Source: an uncultured Actinomycetes bacterium (lineage in GTDB: Bacteria; Actinomycetota; UBA4738; HRBIN12). From it: a DNA stretch of 64,000 nucleotides. Of this stretch, positions 18,506-28,126 are shown one piece after another (positions within the stretch are counted from its first letter, which is position 1; each line of letters opens with the position of its first letter). The stretch lies in assembly GCA_963817235.1 (NCBI GenBank), contig CAWFNS010000006.1, positions 268,163 through 332,162 of the forward strand, read 5' to 3'. The notes under the pieces were generated by a model, which saw only the letters and a program-made list of their open reading frames with translations, ran no database searches and was not told where the DNA came from. The position numbers were made by a program, and so were the translations under genes.

Positions 18506-19006
18506 TCAGTGGACCACTTCCCTGACCAACTCGCCCATCCGGGCCGCGAGCGTGTGCACGACGCGCACCGCGATATCCGGGTGCTTCTTCAGCATCTAGT
18601 CGAGGTTGCTGCGCGAGACCCGGATGCACGTGACCGGGGTCTCCGCCACGGCCGACGCCGTCCTCCTGCCGCCGTTCAGCACGGCGAGGTCGCCGAAGAA
18701 CTCGCCGGGTCCGAACCGCTTGATCGCACGTGCGCTCGGCGTGTAGCCGCGGAAGACGCGGACCGTCCCCTCGACGATCACGTACAGGTGCACCGCGGCG
18801 TCGTCCTGCAGGAAGATCACCGCTCGTTCGTTGTAGCGCACCTCTTCCGCCGCGGTGGCGACGCGCCGGAGCTGTCGTCGCGAGAGGCCGGCGAACAGCG
18901 GGACGTCCGCGAGCATCGCCGCGCGGGGTGAGGGCAGCGGACGCCGGCCCCTCGGCCGGGTCGCGCTCGACGCGAACAGCGGGGTTGCGCCCTCTCGCAA
19001 GCTCAT
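18506..19006 (-). CDS. Cyclic nucleotide-binding domain protein interrupted by in-frame TAG (18596-18598)
   Basis: ORF 18596..19006 has ..FFGDLAVLNGGRRTASAVAETPVTCIRVSRSNLD-TAG. The same frame continues MLKKHPDIAVRVVHTLAARMGELVREVVH-TGA (stop at 18506), which is the expected C-helix of a cNMP domain. Start 19006 or ATG 18916 (MLADVPLFAGLS). Confidence 0.65.
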
Positions 19007-19015
19007 CGCGACGGC

Positions 19016-19057
19016 ATGCTACGCGGGGTCGCGGCCGCTGAGAACCCCGCGTAGCAT
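19016..19057. promoter_or_regulatory. Perfect 13-bp inverted repeat with 16-nt spacer in divergent promoter region (cNMP protein / aldehyde dehydrogenase)
   Basis: ATGCTACGCGGGG (19016-19028) ... CCCCGCGTAGCAT (19045-19057) verified by reverse complement; 14 nt upstream of GAGGAGG RBS of the ALDH gene. Confidence 0.5.
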
Positions 19058-19081
19058 CGAACGGGCACGCGAGGAGGCGGG

Positions 19082-20512
19082 ATGACGGAGTTGCTGGTGC
19101 TCGGCGGTCGGCGCGAGCCGGCGCTCGAAGGGAAGACGACCCGGGTCGTGGAGCCGGCCACCGCCGAGGCGGCGTGGGAGGTCGCCGAGGGGGGCCCCGA
19201 GGACGCTCGACGGGCGGTCGACGTCGCGTCGGCCGCGTTCGAGGACGGCCCGTGGCCGAGGATGAGCGCCCGCGAGCGCGGCCGGATCCTGACGAAGGCG
19301 TCCTTCCTGCTGCGCGAGCGCCAGGAGGACCTCGCTCGGCTCGAGGCGCGCAACGGGGGCAAGCCCGTCGGCTCGGCCCGCGCCGAGATCGACATCGTCG
19401 CGAACGTCTTCGAGTACTGGGGCGGCGCGGCGAACAAGATCTTCGGGGAGACGATCCCGATCGTGCCGCCCGGACTCGACGTCACGCTGCGCGAACCGGT
19501 CGGGGTGTGCGCGCTCATCACCCCGTGGAACTTCCCGGCGGTGATCGCCAGCTGGAAGATGGGGCCCGCCCTCGCCTGCGGGAACACCGCGGTCGTGAAG
19601 CCGGCCTCCCAGACGCCGCTCACCGCGCTGGCGATCGCCGACATCCTCACCGAGGCGGGCCTGCCGGAGGGCACGCTCTCGATCCTGCCCGGGCCCGGCT
19701 CCTCGACCGCGAGCGCGCTGATCGCCGATCCGCGGGTGGCGAAGATCTCGTTCACGGGCTCGACCGAGGTGGGCACCCGGGTGATGCAGGCGGCCGCCGA
19801 GAACATCGCCCGCGTCTCGCTCGAGCTCGGCGGGAAGTCGGCGAACGTCGTGTTCGCCGACACGGACCTCGACGCATGCGTCGCGGCGTCGCTGTGGTCG
19901 GTGTTCGACAACGCCGGCCAGGACTGCTGCGCGCGGTCGCGGCAGTTCGTGGAGCGGCCGATCTACGACGCGTTCGTCGAGCGGTTCGCCGAGCTGACGG
20001 CCGCGATCCGGGTGGGCGAGCCGCTGGACGAGACCACCGAGATGGGTCCGATGATCAGCGAGGGCCAGCGGCGGACCTCGGTCGAGTACATCGCGATCGG
20101 GGAGTTCGAGGGCGCCCGGCGGGTGACCGGCGGCGAGGTCCCCGACGGCGCCGGCTTCTACCTGCGCCCCTGCGTCCTGGCCGACGTCGACAACACGTGG
20201 CGGGTCGCGCAGGAGGAGATCTTCGGGCCGGTCGCCTCGATCATCCCCTTCGAGACGGAGGAGGAGGCGATCCGGTTGGCGAACGACTCGCCGTACGGGC
20301 TGTCGGGCTCGATCTGGACCCGCGACCTCGGCCGGGCGATCCGGGTCGCGAAGGGGATCCGGACGGGCGTCCTCAGCGTCAACTCCGCGAGCAGCGTCCA
20401 CACCGAGGCGCCGTTCGGTGGCTACAAGCGAAGCGGGATGGGCCGCGAGATGGGGATGCACGCCGTCGCCCTGTACACCGAGGTCAAGAACGTCTACTTC
20501 TCGGAGACCTGA
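19082..20512 (+). CDS. NAD(P)-dependent aldehyde dehydrogenase
   Basis: Intact 476 aa; [21 protein letters not shown] (catalytic Glu), GQDCCARSR (catalytic Cys), [13 protein letters not shown]. Confidence 0.92.
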   Translation: MTELLVLGGRREPALEGKTTRVVEPATAEAAWEVAEGGPEDARRAVDVASAAFEDGPWPRMSARERGRILTKASFLLRERQEDLARLEARNGGKPVGSARAEIDIVANVFEYWGGAANKIFGETIPIVPPGLDVTLREPVGVCALITPWNFPAVIASWKMGPALACGNTAVVKPASQTPLTALAIADILTEAGLPEGTLSILPGPGSSTASALIADPRVAKISFTGSTEVGTRVMQAAAENIARVSLELGGKSANVVFADTDLDACVAASLWSVFDNAGQDCCARSRQFVERPIYDAFVERFAELTAAIRVGEPLDETTEMGPMISEGQRRTSVEYIAIGEFEGARRVTGGEVPDGAGFYLRPCVLADVDNTWRVAQEEIFGPVASIIPFETEEEAIRLANDSPYGLSGSIWTRDLGRAIRVAKGIRTGVLSVNSASSVHTEAPFGGYKRSGMGREMGMHAVALYTEVKNVYFSET

Positions 20513-20521
20513 GGGCCCGAG

Positions 20522-22595
20522 ATGCGAACCGACCCGGATCCCGCCCTCCTCGAAGCAGCGTTCCTCGACCATCCGTCGGGGATGTGCGTGCTCCGCCTGC
20601 GTGACCTCACGTTCGTCGCCGTCAATCCCGCCTTCGAGGAGGCGACCGGCTGGCCGGCGGCCGAGCTGCTCGGACGACGTCCGGACGAGCTGCCGCTGAT
20701 CCCCGGGCACGAGGTGGCCGAGCTGCTGCGGCAGGCGTCGCACCTGAGCGGAGCATCGCCCGACGATCCCCGCGACGTCGTCACGCGGGTGCACTACGTC
20801 GCGAAGGACGGCACCGAGGGCGTGGCGCGGCTCGTGATGGCGCTGTCCGAGCGCGGCGGCGAGCGGTACCTGATCGCCGCGTTCACCGATGCTTCGGTCG
20901 CGGTCAGTCAGGAGGAGGCGATCGGTCGGCGCGACGCGATCCTCGAGGCCGCGGGGTTCGGCGCGCAGATGTTCCTGCGGGCCGAGCGATGGGAGGACGC
21001 GATCGCCGATGTGTTGCGGCGGATCGGCGGCGCCGCGAACGTCTCGCGCGCGCACGTGTTCGAGAACGTCGTGCTGCCCGACGGCGCCGAGGGGACCACG
21101 CACCGGTTCGAGTGGTGCGCGCCCGGCATCGAGCCGCAGATCGACAACCCCGACACGATCGACCAGCCGTGGGGGCCCGATCAGGACGACTGGCGGGCGA
21201 AGCTCGCCGCCGGCGAGGCCGTGGTCGAGGTGGTCCGTGAGCTGGCCGACGCCGATCGGTCCGAGTTCTCGTTGCAGGGCATCGTCTCGATCCTCGACGT
21301 GCCGATCTTCGCGGGCCGCGAGTGGTGGGGGTCGATCGGCTTCGACGAGTGCGAGCGCGAGCGGCAATGGACGCGGGCGGAGATCGACGCGCTCCGCGTC
21401 GTCGCCGTCACGCTCGGCGCGGCGATCCACCGGCAGCAGACCGAGCGGAGCCTCCGCGAGACCGAGGAGCTCTACCGCACGCTCGTCGAGCAGATCCCGG
21501 CCGTCGCGTACGTGAACCTCACGGGCGAGGGCTACGTCCCGCTCTACACGAGCCCCGGCATCGAGGAGATGCTCGGCGTCTCCTCGCAGATGTTCATGGA
21601 GGATCGGCTGTGGTTCGGCATGGTCCACCCAGACGATCGAGACCGCGTCTTCGCCGAGGACGCGCGGACGGAGGAGACGCTCGAGCCGTTCGCGATCGAG
21701 TACCGGATGATCCGGCCGGACGGCAAGGTGGTCTGGGTCCTCGACCAGGCGGAGATCGTGCCGCGACGAACGCGGCCAACCGAGGTTCTGGTCCGGGGTG
21801 ATGTTCGACATCACGAGCCTCAAGCGCGCCGAGGAGGACCTCGCGCGGGCGCTCGACCTGGAGCGCGAGGCCTCGGCGAGGCTCCGCTCCCTCGACGAGC
21901 TGAAGAACACGTTCCTCCAGGCCGTCTCGCACGACCTTCGGACCCCGCTCGCCGCCGTGCTCGGCAGCGCGCTCACGCTCGAACGGGAGGACATCCGCCT
22001 CGAGCCGGAGGTGGAGCGGGATCTGGCGCGCCGGATCGCCCTCAACGCACGGAAGCTCCAGCGCCTCGTCACCGATCTCCTCGACCTCGATCGCCTCTCG
22101 CGCGGGCTCACCGAGCCGAACCGAACCGACGTCGACCTCGCCGACGTGGTCCGCACCGTCGTCGCCGAGTCGGAGACCGCGAACGACCGCGAGATGACCG
22201 TCGAGCTCGAGGCGACGCCGGCCGCGGTCGACGTCCCGAAGGTCGAGCGCATCATCGAGAACCTGCTGGTCAACGCCGTGCGACACACGCCGGAGGACGC
22301 CCACATCTGGATCCGGGTCCAGCCGGCCAGCGGCGGCGCGATCCTCGTGGTCGAGGACGACGGGCCGGGGCTCCCGCCGGAGGACCGCGAGCGGGTCTTC
22401 GAGGCGTTCGAGCGGGGCGCGAACGCGTCCGCGCACGCGCCCGGCTCGGGGATCGGGCTGACGCTGGTCGCGCGCTTCGCCGAGCTGCACGGCGGGCGCG
22501 CCTGGGCCGAGGAGCGTGAGGGCGGCGGCGCCTCGTTCCTCGTGTGGCTGCCGCCGGCGCCGATCGATCAGGCCCTCGGGGAGCCTCGTCTATAG
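20522..22595 (+). CDS. Sensor histidine kinase, PAS-GAF-PAS-HisKA-HATPase; 1 frame break (~21760)
   Basis: ORF 20522..22519 (PAS, GAF, PAS ..IEYRMIRPDGKVVWVLDQAEIV) continues as RDERGQPRFWSGVMFDITSLKRAEE..FLQAVSHDLRTPL..GSGIGLTLV in ORF 21798..22595. No response regulator adjacent. Confidence 0.8.
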
Positions 22596-22605
22596 ACTTC
22601 CGACG

Positions 22606-23142
22606 ATGCCCGAACTTCCCGAGGAGCTGCGCAACCGCCCGCCCCGCCCGGCCGGGCAGGCCCCCACGGCCACGCTGACGCTCGATGCCTACCTCCGCCT
22701 GAAGGGCGAGCTCGACGAGCTCACGGGCGTCGGGCGTGAGCAGATCTCGGAGCGGATCAAGGTGGCTCGGGAGTTCGGCGACATCCGGGAGAACGCCGAG
22801 TACGACGCCGCGAAGAACGAGCAGGGACTCATGGAGTCGCGGATCCGCAAGATCCAGGCGATGCTGCGCGATCCCGAGATCGTCGAGGCGCCCGTGAACG
22901 CGGAGGCCGTCGGGCCCGGCATGCTCGTCACCGTGCGGCCGCTCGACGACGAGGACGACGACGAGACGTACCTGTTGGCCGAGCACGCCGAGGAGAAGGC
23001 GCCGGGCGCCCGGACGGTGACGCCTTCGTCGCCCTTCGGCGCCGCGCTGCTCGGCGCGGCCGAGGGGCAGGAGGTCTCCTACGAGGCGCCGGGTGGGACG
23101 TTCCGCTACCGGATCGTCGCGTTCGAGCCCTTCGTCCGCTGA
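22606..23142 (+). CDS. greA: Transcription elongation factor GreA
   Basis: ATG 22606; ..ISERIKVAREFGDIRENAEYDAAKNEQGLMESRIRKIQ.. Actinobacterial-type N-terminal extension. The track ORF 22516..23142 starts too early. Confidence 0.9.
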   Translation: MPELPEELRNRPPRPAGQAPTATLTLDAYLRLKGELDELTGVGREQISERIKVAREFGDIRENAEYDAAKNEQGLMESRIRKIQAMLRDPEIVEAPVNAEAVGPGMLVTVRPLDDEDDDETYLLAEHAEEKAPGARTVTPSSPFGAALLGAAEGQEVSYEAPGGTFRYRIVAFEPFVR

Positions 23143-23150
23143 GGTCCGCC

Positions 23151-23807
23151 GTGGGCGGTCGCGATCGCACGGAGCGGGTCCGGGAGGCCCCGCGCGTGCG
23201 CGACATGCCGGCGCCGCGCAAGAACGAGAGCGCGGCCGGCGGCGCGATGCAACGGGTGTTCGCGTGGCCGTATCGTGGCATCCTCGCGTTCCTGATCTGG
23301 ACGGGCGTCCGCGCCTGGCAGCTGACGATCCTGTCGCTCCTGCTGAACGTCGTGACGGGCGTGTTGATCGTCGTGGGGCAGTGGTTCGCGGCGGGCATCG
23401 TGCTGATCTTCGCCGGCGCCTGCGACGTCATGGACGGCTCGGTCGCGAGGCATCGCGGCGAATCCGGGCGCTCCGGCGCGTTCCTGGACTCGGTCCTGGA
23501 CCGGGTCTCCGACATGATCCTGTTCGCGTGTCTGTTCTGGCGGTTCGCCGCGACCGGCCAGCGACTCGACGCGATCCTGGCGTTGATCACCCTGGTGGTG
23601 AGCCTCGCGGTCAGCCACGTGCGTGCGGAGGCGGAGGCGGCGGGCGTGACGCTCAGCGAAGGGCTCTTCCAGCGGCTCGAGCGTGTGATCGCGCTGGTCA
23701 TCGGTCTGCTGATCCCCGGCGCGATGACGCCCATCCTCGTGGTCCTCGCCGTCCTCGGGGTGGTCACCGTCGTCCAGCGCGTCCTCGCCGCCCTGCGAGC
23801 GGCGTGA
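23151..23807 (+). CDS. CDP-alcohol phosphatidyltransferase family protein
   Basis: Signature D-x2-DG-x2-AR..G-x3-D-x3-D seen as CDVMDGSVARHRGESGRSGAFLDSVLDRVSD; multiple TM helices. Start could be a later ATG (23205 or 23247). Confidence 0.8.
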   Translation: MGGRDRTERVREAPRVRDMPAPRKNESAAGGAMQRVFAWPYRGILAFLIWTGVRAWQLTILSLLLNVVTGVLIVVGQWFAAGIVLIFAGACDVMDGSVARHRGESGRSGAFLDSVLDRVSDMILFACLFWRFAATGQRLDAILALITLVVSLAVSHVRAEAEAAGVTLSEGLFQRLERVIALVIGLLIPGAMTPILVVLAVLGVVTVVQRVLAALRAA

Positions 23808-24133
23808 TGACCGGCTTCGTGCGGGTCGCCGCACTCGTCGAGATCCCCGAGGGCGAGCTGCGCGCCTACGACGTCCCGGCCGGCCGCGTGGTCGTCACGC
23901 ACGACGAGCATCGGCTCTTCGCCGTGGCCGACCTGTGCACCGGCTCCGGGTGCTCGCTGTCCGAAGGCTCCTTCGACGATCGCTCCGAGCAGATCAGATG
24001 CAGCGCCTGCGACAGCGTGTTCGATGCGGAGACCGGAGAGCCGATCGGCGGCCCCGCGAAGGATCCGCTCGCCGTGTTCGCCGCCCACGAGGTCGACGGG
24101 TGGGTCGAGCTTTCGACGTTCCCGGTGGCCTAG
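23807..24133 (+). CDS. Rieske-fold ferredoxin-like small protein with non-canonical (all-Cys) ligand boxes
   Basis: ATG 23807 overlaps upstream stop (TGATG). 108 aa MTGFVRVAALVEIPEGELRAYDV..LFAVADLCTGSGCSLSEG..IRCSACDSVFDAETGEPIGGPA. Rieske spacing, but CxH is CTG(SGC) and CxxH is CSAC. Confidence 0.6.
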   Translation: MTGFVRVAALVEIPEGELRAYDVPAGRVVVTHDEHRLFAVADLCTGSGCSLSEGSFDDRSEQIRCSACDSVFDAETGEPIGGPAKDPLAVFAAHEVDGWVELSTFPVA

Positions 24134-24188
24134 CCAACCGACGCGCCTTCCCGGTACGCTCGCGGCTCCCCGCTGAAGGAGGTCCACC

Positions 24189-25575
24189 ATGACCGAGCGC
24201 ACCCGGTTCGACCTGAGCCAGGACCAGCTGCCCACCGCGTGGTTCAACGTGATGCCCTCGATCGCGGGGGCGGGGATGCAGCCGTTGCCGCCCCTGCACC
24301 CGGGAACGCTGGAGCCGGTCACGCCCGATCTCCTCGCGCCCCTGTTCCCCGAGGCGCTGATCATGCAGGAGGTCTCGACCGACGAGTGGATCGACATCCC
24401 CGGCGCGCGTCCTCGACATCTACCGCCTGTGGAGGCCCTCGCCGCTCTACCGCGCCGTCCGGTTGGAGCAGGCGCTCCAGACGCCGGCGCACATCTACTT
24501 CAAGTACGAGGGCGTCTCCCCGGCCGGCTCCCACAAGCCGAACACCGCGATCGCGCAGGCCTACTACAACAAGGAGGCCGGGACGAAGCGGATCGCGACC
24601 GAGACCGGCGCCGGCCAGTGGGGGTCGGCGCTCGCGATGGCGTGCACGTTCTTCGGGATCGACTGCCAGGTCTTCATGGTGAAGGCGTCGTACGAGCAGA
24701 AGCCGTACCGGCGGATCTTCATCGAGACGTTCGGCGCCGAGGTCGTGCCGTCCCCGTCGCCGACCACGCAGGCGGGCAAGGCGATCCTCGAGGCAGACCC
24801 GACCTCGACCGGCTCGCTCGGCATCGCGATCAGCGAGGCCGTCGAGGTCGCGGCGACCTCCGGCGGGGCCGTGAAGTACTCGCTCGGCTCGGTGCTGAAC
24901 CACGTCTTGTTGCATCAGACGGTCGTCGGGCTCGAGGCGAAGGCGCAGATGGAGCTGGCGGGCGAGACGCCCGACGTCGTGATCGGCTGCGTGGGTGGCG
25001 GCTCGAACTTCGCAGGCCTGGCGTACCCGTTCATGGCCGACCGGCTCTCCGGCGCGACGCCGTCGATGCGGTTCCTGGCCACGGAGCCCGCGGCGTGTCC
25101 GACCCTCACGAAGGGGACGTACGCGTACGACTTCGGCGACACGGGCATGCTGACGCCGCTCGTGCCGATGTACACGCTGGGGCACACGTTCGTGCCGGCG
25201 CCCGTGCACGCCGGCGGGCTCCGCTACCACGGCGACGCGCCGTCGCTGTCCCTGCTGGTCAAGAACGGCCACATGGAGGCGAAGGCGTACACGCAGAGCG
25301 AGATCTTCGACGCCGCGATCCGGTTCGCGCACACGCAGGGCATCGTGCCGGCGCCGGAATCGGCGCACGCGATCAAGGGTGCGATCGACGAGGCCCTCGC
25401 GGCGAAGGAGGCGAACGAGGAGCGCGTGATCCTGTTCGGGCTCTCGGGACACGGCAACTTCGACATGCAGGCCTACGACGACTACCTCCACGGTCGCCTG
25501 CCCGACCTCGAGTTCGATCCGGCCGCGGAAGACGCCGCGCTGGCGCAGCTACCGGAGGCCCCGGCGATCGGCTAG
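24189..25575 (+). CDS. TrpB-like PLP-dependent enzyme (tryptophan synthase beta, TrpB2 clade); 1 frame break (~24408)
   Basis: [31 protein letters not shown] (ORF 24189..26021), then [52 protein letters not shown].. (ORF 24463..25575). GAAGGAGG RBS. Confidence 0.85.
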
Positions 25576-26655
25576 GAGCCGTACGTCTTCGGGTCCAGCC
25601 GGAAGGCCGAGGTCGCGAACTCCGCGACCTGCTGCATCAAGATCGTGTAGCCGTCGCTGTTGAAATGGACGCCGTCGTCGGCCCGGACGAGCGTCACGTG
25701 GTTCCCGTTGCGGTAGTAGGCCGTGTACCCACCGTCCTTCGCCGCGAACGTGTCCCACGTGTCGAAGTACGTGACGTTCGGGAGCTGGTCCGCCACCGAT
25801 CGGTAGATCTGGTTCTCGAAGCCGACGAAGGGCCAGCGTCGCTTGTCGCTCGAGTTCGGCAGGCCGATCCAGATCACGTGGCCGCCGTCCTGCGTCGCGG
25901 TCTTCGCGAACTGCGTCACTCGTGCGCGATAGCCGGGGCCGAACGCCGGCGTGCCGATCACGCGTGTCGACCTGGCCGCCGGCGAGCCGGAGGCTCTGCT
26001 GGTCGTTCTCGCCGAGCATGACGATCGTCAGGTCGGGACGCGCCTTCTGCATGATGTAGCGCATCTGCGCCTGCCAGTCGAAGTAGTCGGGTCGCGACAG
26101 ACCGGTGGAGATGCGGCCCTGTTTGATCACGTTCACGAAGAACGGCCGGAAGACGCGCTCGGCGAAGTACCCCACACCCGCCGCGAGCGAGTCCCCGACC
26201 ACCGCGATGCGCAGCGGATCCTGCCCGGTCGGCTCGCGCAGCGGTGTGTCCTTGAGGACGGGACGCACGGGTTGTCCGGACGGCTCCGGCGACACGGTCG
26301 GGAGCTGGTCGATGTCGACCGGGATCCCACCGACGGAGCCACCGACCGCGGCGTTCGGGTCGCGGCCCAGCGCGCGCGACGCGGCGTTGACGCTCGCCGT
26401 GACGCCGACGCGATCCTCGAGCCACACGACGGGCGTCAGGACCCAGAGGGACGCCGTCCGTCGGACGCCGTCGGGCTGCGCCTCGGACGACCGCTTCAGC
26501 TCGGGCGCGTACAGCAGGGCCCACACGAGCAGGCAGATCAGCGTGACGATGAGGACGCGCCCGGCGGGCATGCCGGATCGGCCCTCGGGCGGCCGGTCGG
26601 TCGGGTCCTCCGGCGCGCCCCCGGGCTGGGTTCGAGGGTCGGTTTCGGTGGCCAT
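25572..26655 (-). CDS. SGNH/GDSL-type hydrolase (DUF459-like) with N-terminal membrane anchor; 1 frame break (~25960)
   Basis: ATG 26655 overlaps MBOAT stop. [31 protein letters not shown] (ORF 25549..26982), then [39 protein letters not shown] (ORF 25572..25961). Confidence 0.75.
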
Positions 26656-28082
26656 CAGAACTGGAAGTAGATGAAGGGCGCCACGCCACGGGGACCGAGC
26701 GTGGTTATCACGAAGAGTACGACCGCCGCGGTGAGACCGAGCGCGACGGGGTTCATCCGGGACAGCCCCGCCTTGATCCGTTCCGCCGGTGCATGCGGCG
26801 TGAACTGGGTGGCCAGACCGACCCCGATCGCGAGCATCACGGGCAGCGTGACCAGCGGCGATGGGAGCCCCCAGCCCGTGATCGTCCTGCCGAGCAGGGT
26901 CAGCGCGGTGGCCACGGAGTCGGCGCGGAACAACGTCCACGCGATGCACACGAGCACGAACGTGGTCAGTCGCTGCATCCACGCGACCAGGGGTGTGTCG
27001 GGTGGCTCCGCGAGCAGGCCGGCGTCACGCTTCGCCTGCTTCCAGTGGCCGACCGCGAGGTAGACACCGTGCAGCCCTCCCCAGACCACGAAGTGCCAGG
27101 CGGCGCCGTGCCACAGGCCGCCGAGCAGCATCGTGATCATCAGGTTCACGTACGTCCGCGCGGTGCCCTTCCGGTTGCCGCCGAGCGGGATGTAGAGGTA
27201 GTCGCGCAACCAACGGGACAGGGTCATGTGCCAGCGCCGCCAGAACTCCTGCACGGAGCGGGCGCTGTACGGGCGGTCGAAGTTCTGGGGGAACCGGAAG
27301 CCGAGGAGCTTCGCGACGCCGATCGCGATGTCGGTGTAGCCGCTGAAGTCGCAGTAGATCTGGACCGCGTACGCGACGATCCCGACGACCGCCTCCAGCC
27401 CGCTGTGGCGCGACGGGTCGCCGAAGACCGGATCGACGATCGCGCCGGCGAGGTAGTTCGCGATCACGATCTTCTTGAACAGACCGCCGAGGATCAGCCA
27501 CCCGGCGCCGACGACGTCGATGTTCCGCGGGTCGTGCCGCACGTCGATCTGCGGGATCAGCTCGTTCGGCCGGACGATCGGCCCCGCCACCAGGTGCGGG
27601 AAGAACGACAGGTACAGGAAGACGTCGCTCCAACTGGCCACCTCGAAGCGGCGCCGGTAGATGTCCACGACGTAGGAGATCGCCATGAACGTGTAGAAGG
27701 ACACGCCGATCGGCAGGACGACCTGGATCAACGGCGGCGCCAGGTGGAACCCGAGCGCGGAGCCCGCGTTCGCCGCGTTCACGGTGAAGAAGCCGTAGTA
27801 CTTGAAGTACAGGAGCGGCGCGATCGTCGCGGCGACGCCGACCGCCATCACCCGCATCCGGCGCCGTTGGTCCTCCTGGCGGCTCACCGCCATCCCGGCC
27901 AGCTGCGCGATCGCGGAGACCCCGGCCAGCAGGAACACGTAGCGCCAGTTCCACCAGCCGTAGAAGACGTAGCTCGCCCCGATCATGAACGCCTTCCACA
28001 GGCGGCGGTTGTGGTTCAGCCACCAGTTCCCGAGGAAGACCAGGCAGAAGAAGATCGCGAAGTCGGTCGTGGGGAAGAGCAC
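26655..28082 (-). CDS. MBOAT family O-acyltransferase (AlgI/DltB/PatA-like)
   Basis: Intact 475 aa, GTG start; FWRRWHMTLSRWLRDYLYIPLGGNR and conserved His (LWHGAAW). Confidence 0.9.
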   Translation of the reverse strand: MLFPTTDFAIFFCLVFLGNWWLNHNRRLWKAFMIGASYVFYGWWNWRYVFLLAGVSAIAQLAGMAVSRQEDQRRRMRVMAVGVAATIAPLLYFKYYGFFTVNAANAGSALGFHLAPPLIQVVLPIGVSFYTFMAISYVVDIYRRRFEVASWSDVFLYLSFFPHLVAGPIVRPNELIPQIDVRHDPRNIDVVGAGWLILGGLFKKIVIANYLAGAIVDPVFGDPSRHSGLEAVVGIVAYAVQIYCDFSGYTDIAIGVAKLLGFRFPQNFDRPYSARSVQEFWRRWHMTLSRWLRDYLYIPLGGNRKGTARTYVNLMITMLLGGLWHGAAWHFVVWGGLHGVYLAVGHWKQAKRDAGLLAEPPDTPLVAWMQRLTTFVLVCIAWTLFRADSVATALTLLGRTITGWGLPSPLVTLPVMLAIGVGLATQFTPHAPAERIKAGLSRMNPVALGLTAAVVLFVITTLGPRGVAPFIYFQF

Positions 28083-28126
28083 GGCCGGAGCCTAGCGCGG
28101 CTCGGCGACCCGATCGTGCACGGCGC

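Noticed and set aside
18596-18598. TAG as a pyrrolysine or other recoded codon
   Set aside because: This is a single occurrence, with no pyl genes or other in-frame TAGs in the window. A nonsense mutation or base error is more parsimonious.
19019-22306. 1095-aa ORF on the minus strand
   Set aside because: Its translation is R/P/G/A-rich low complexity with no recognisable domain. The opposite strand encodes a textbook aldehyde dehydrogenase and a histidine kinase. This is the typical stop-free antisense frame of very GC-rich DNA.
28084-28107. Terminator between the ECF42 sigma gene and MBOAT
   Set aside because: The stem is only imperfect (8 bp with a bulge, 6-nt loop) and has no U-tract, so it is too weak to call. 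I mention it only as context for the operon hypothesis.
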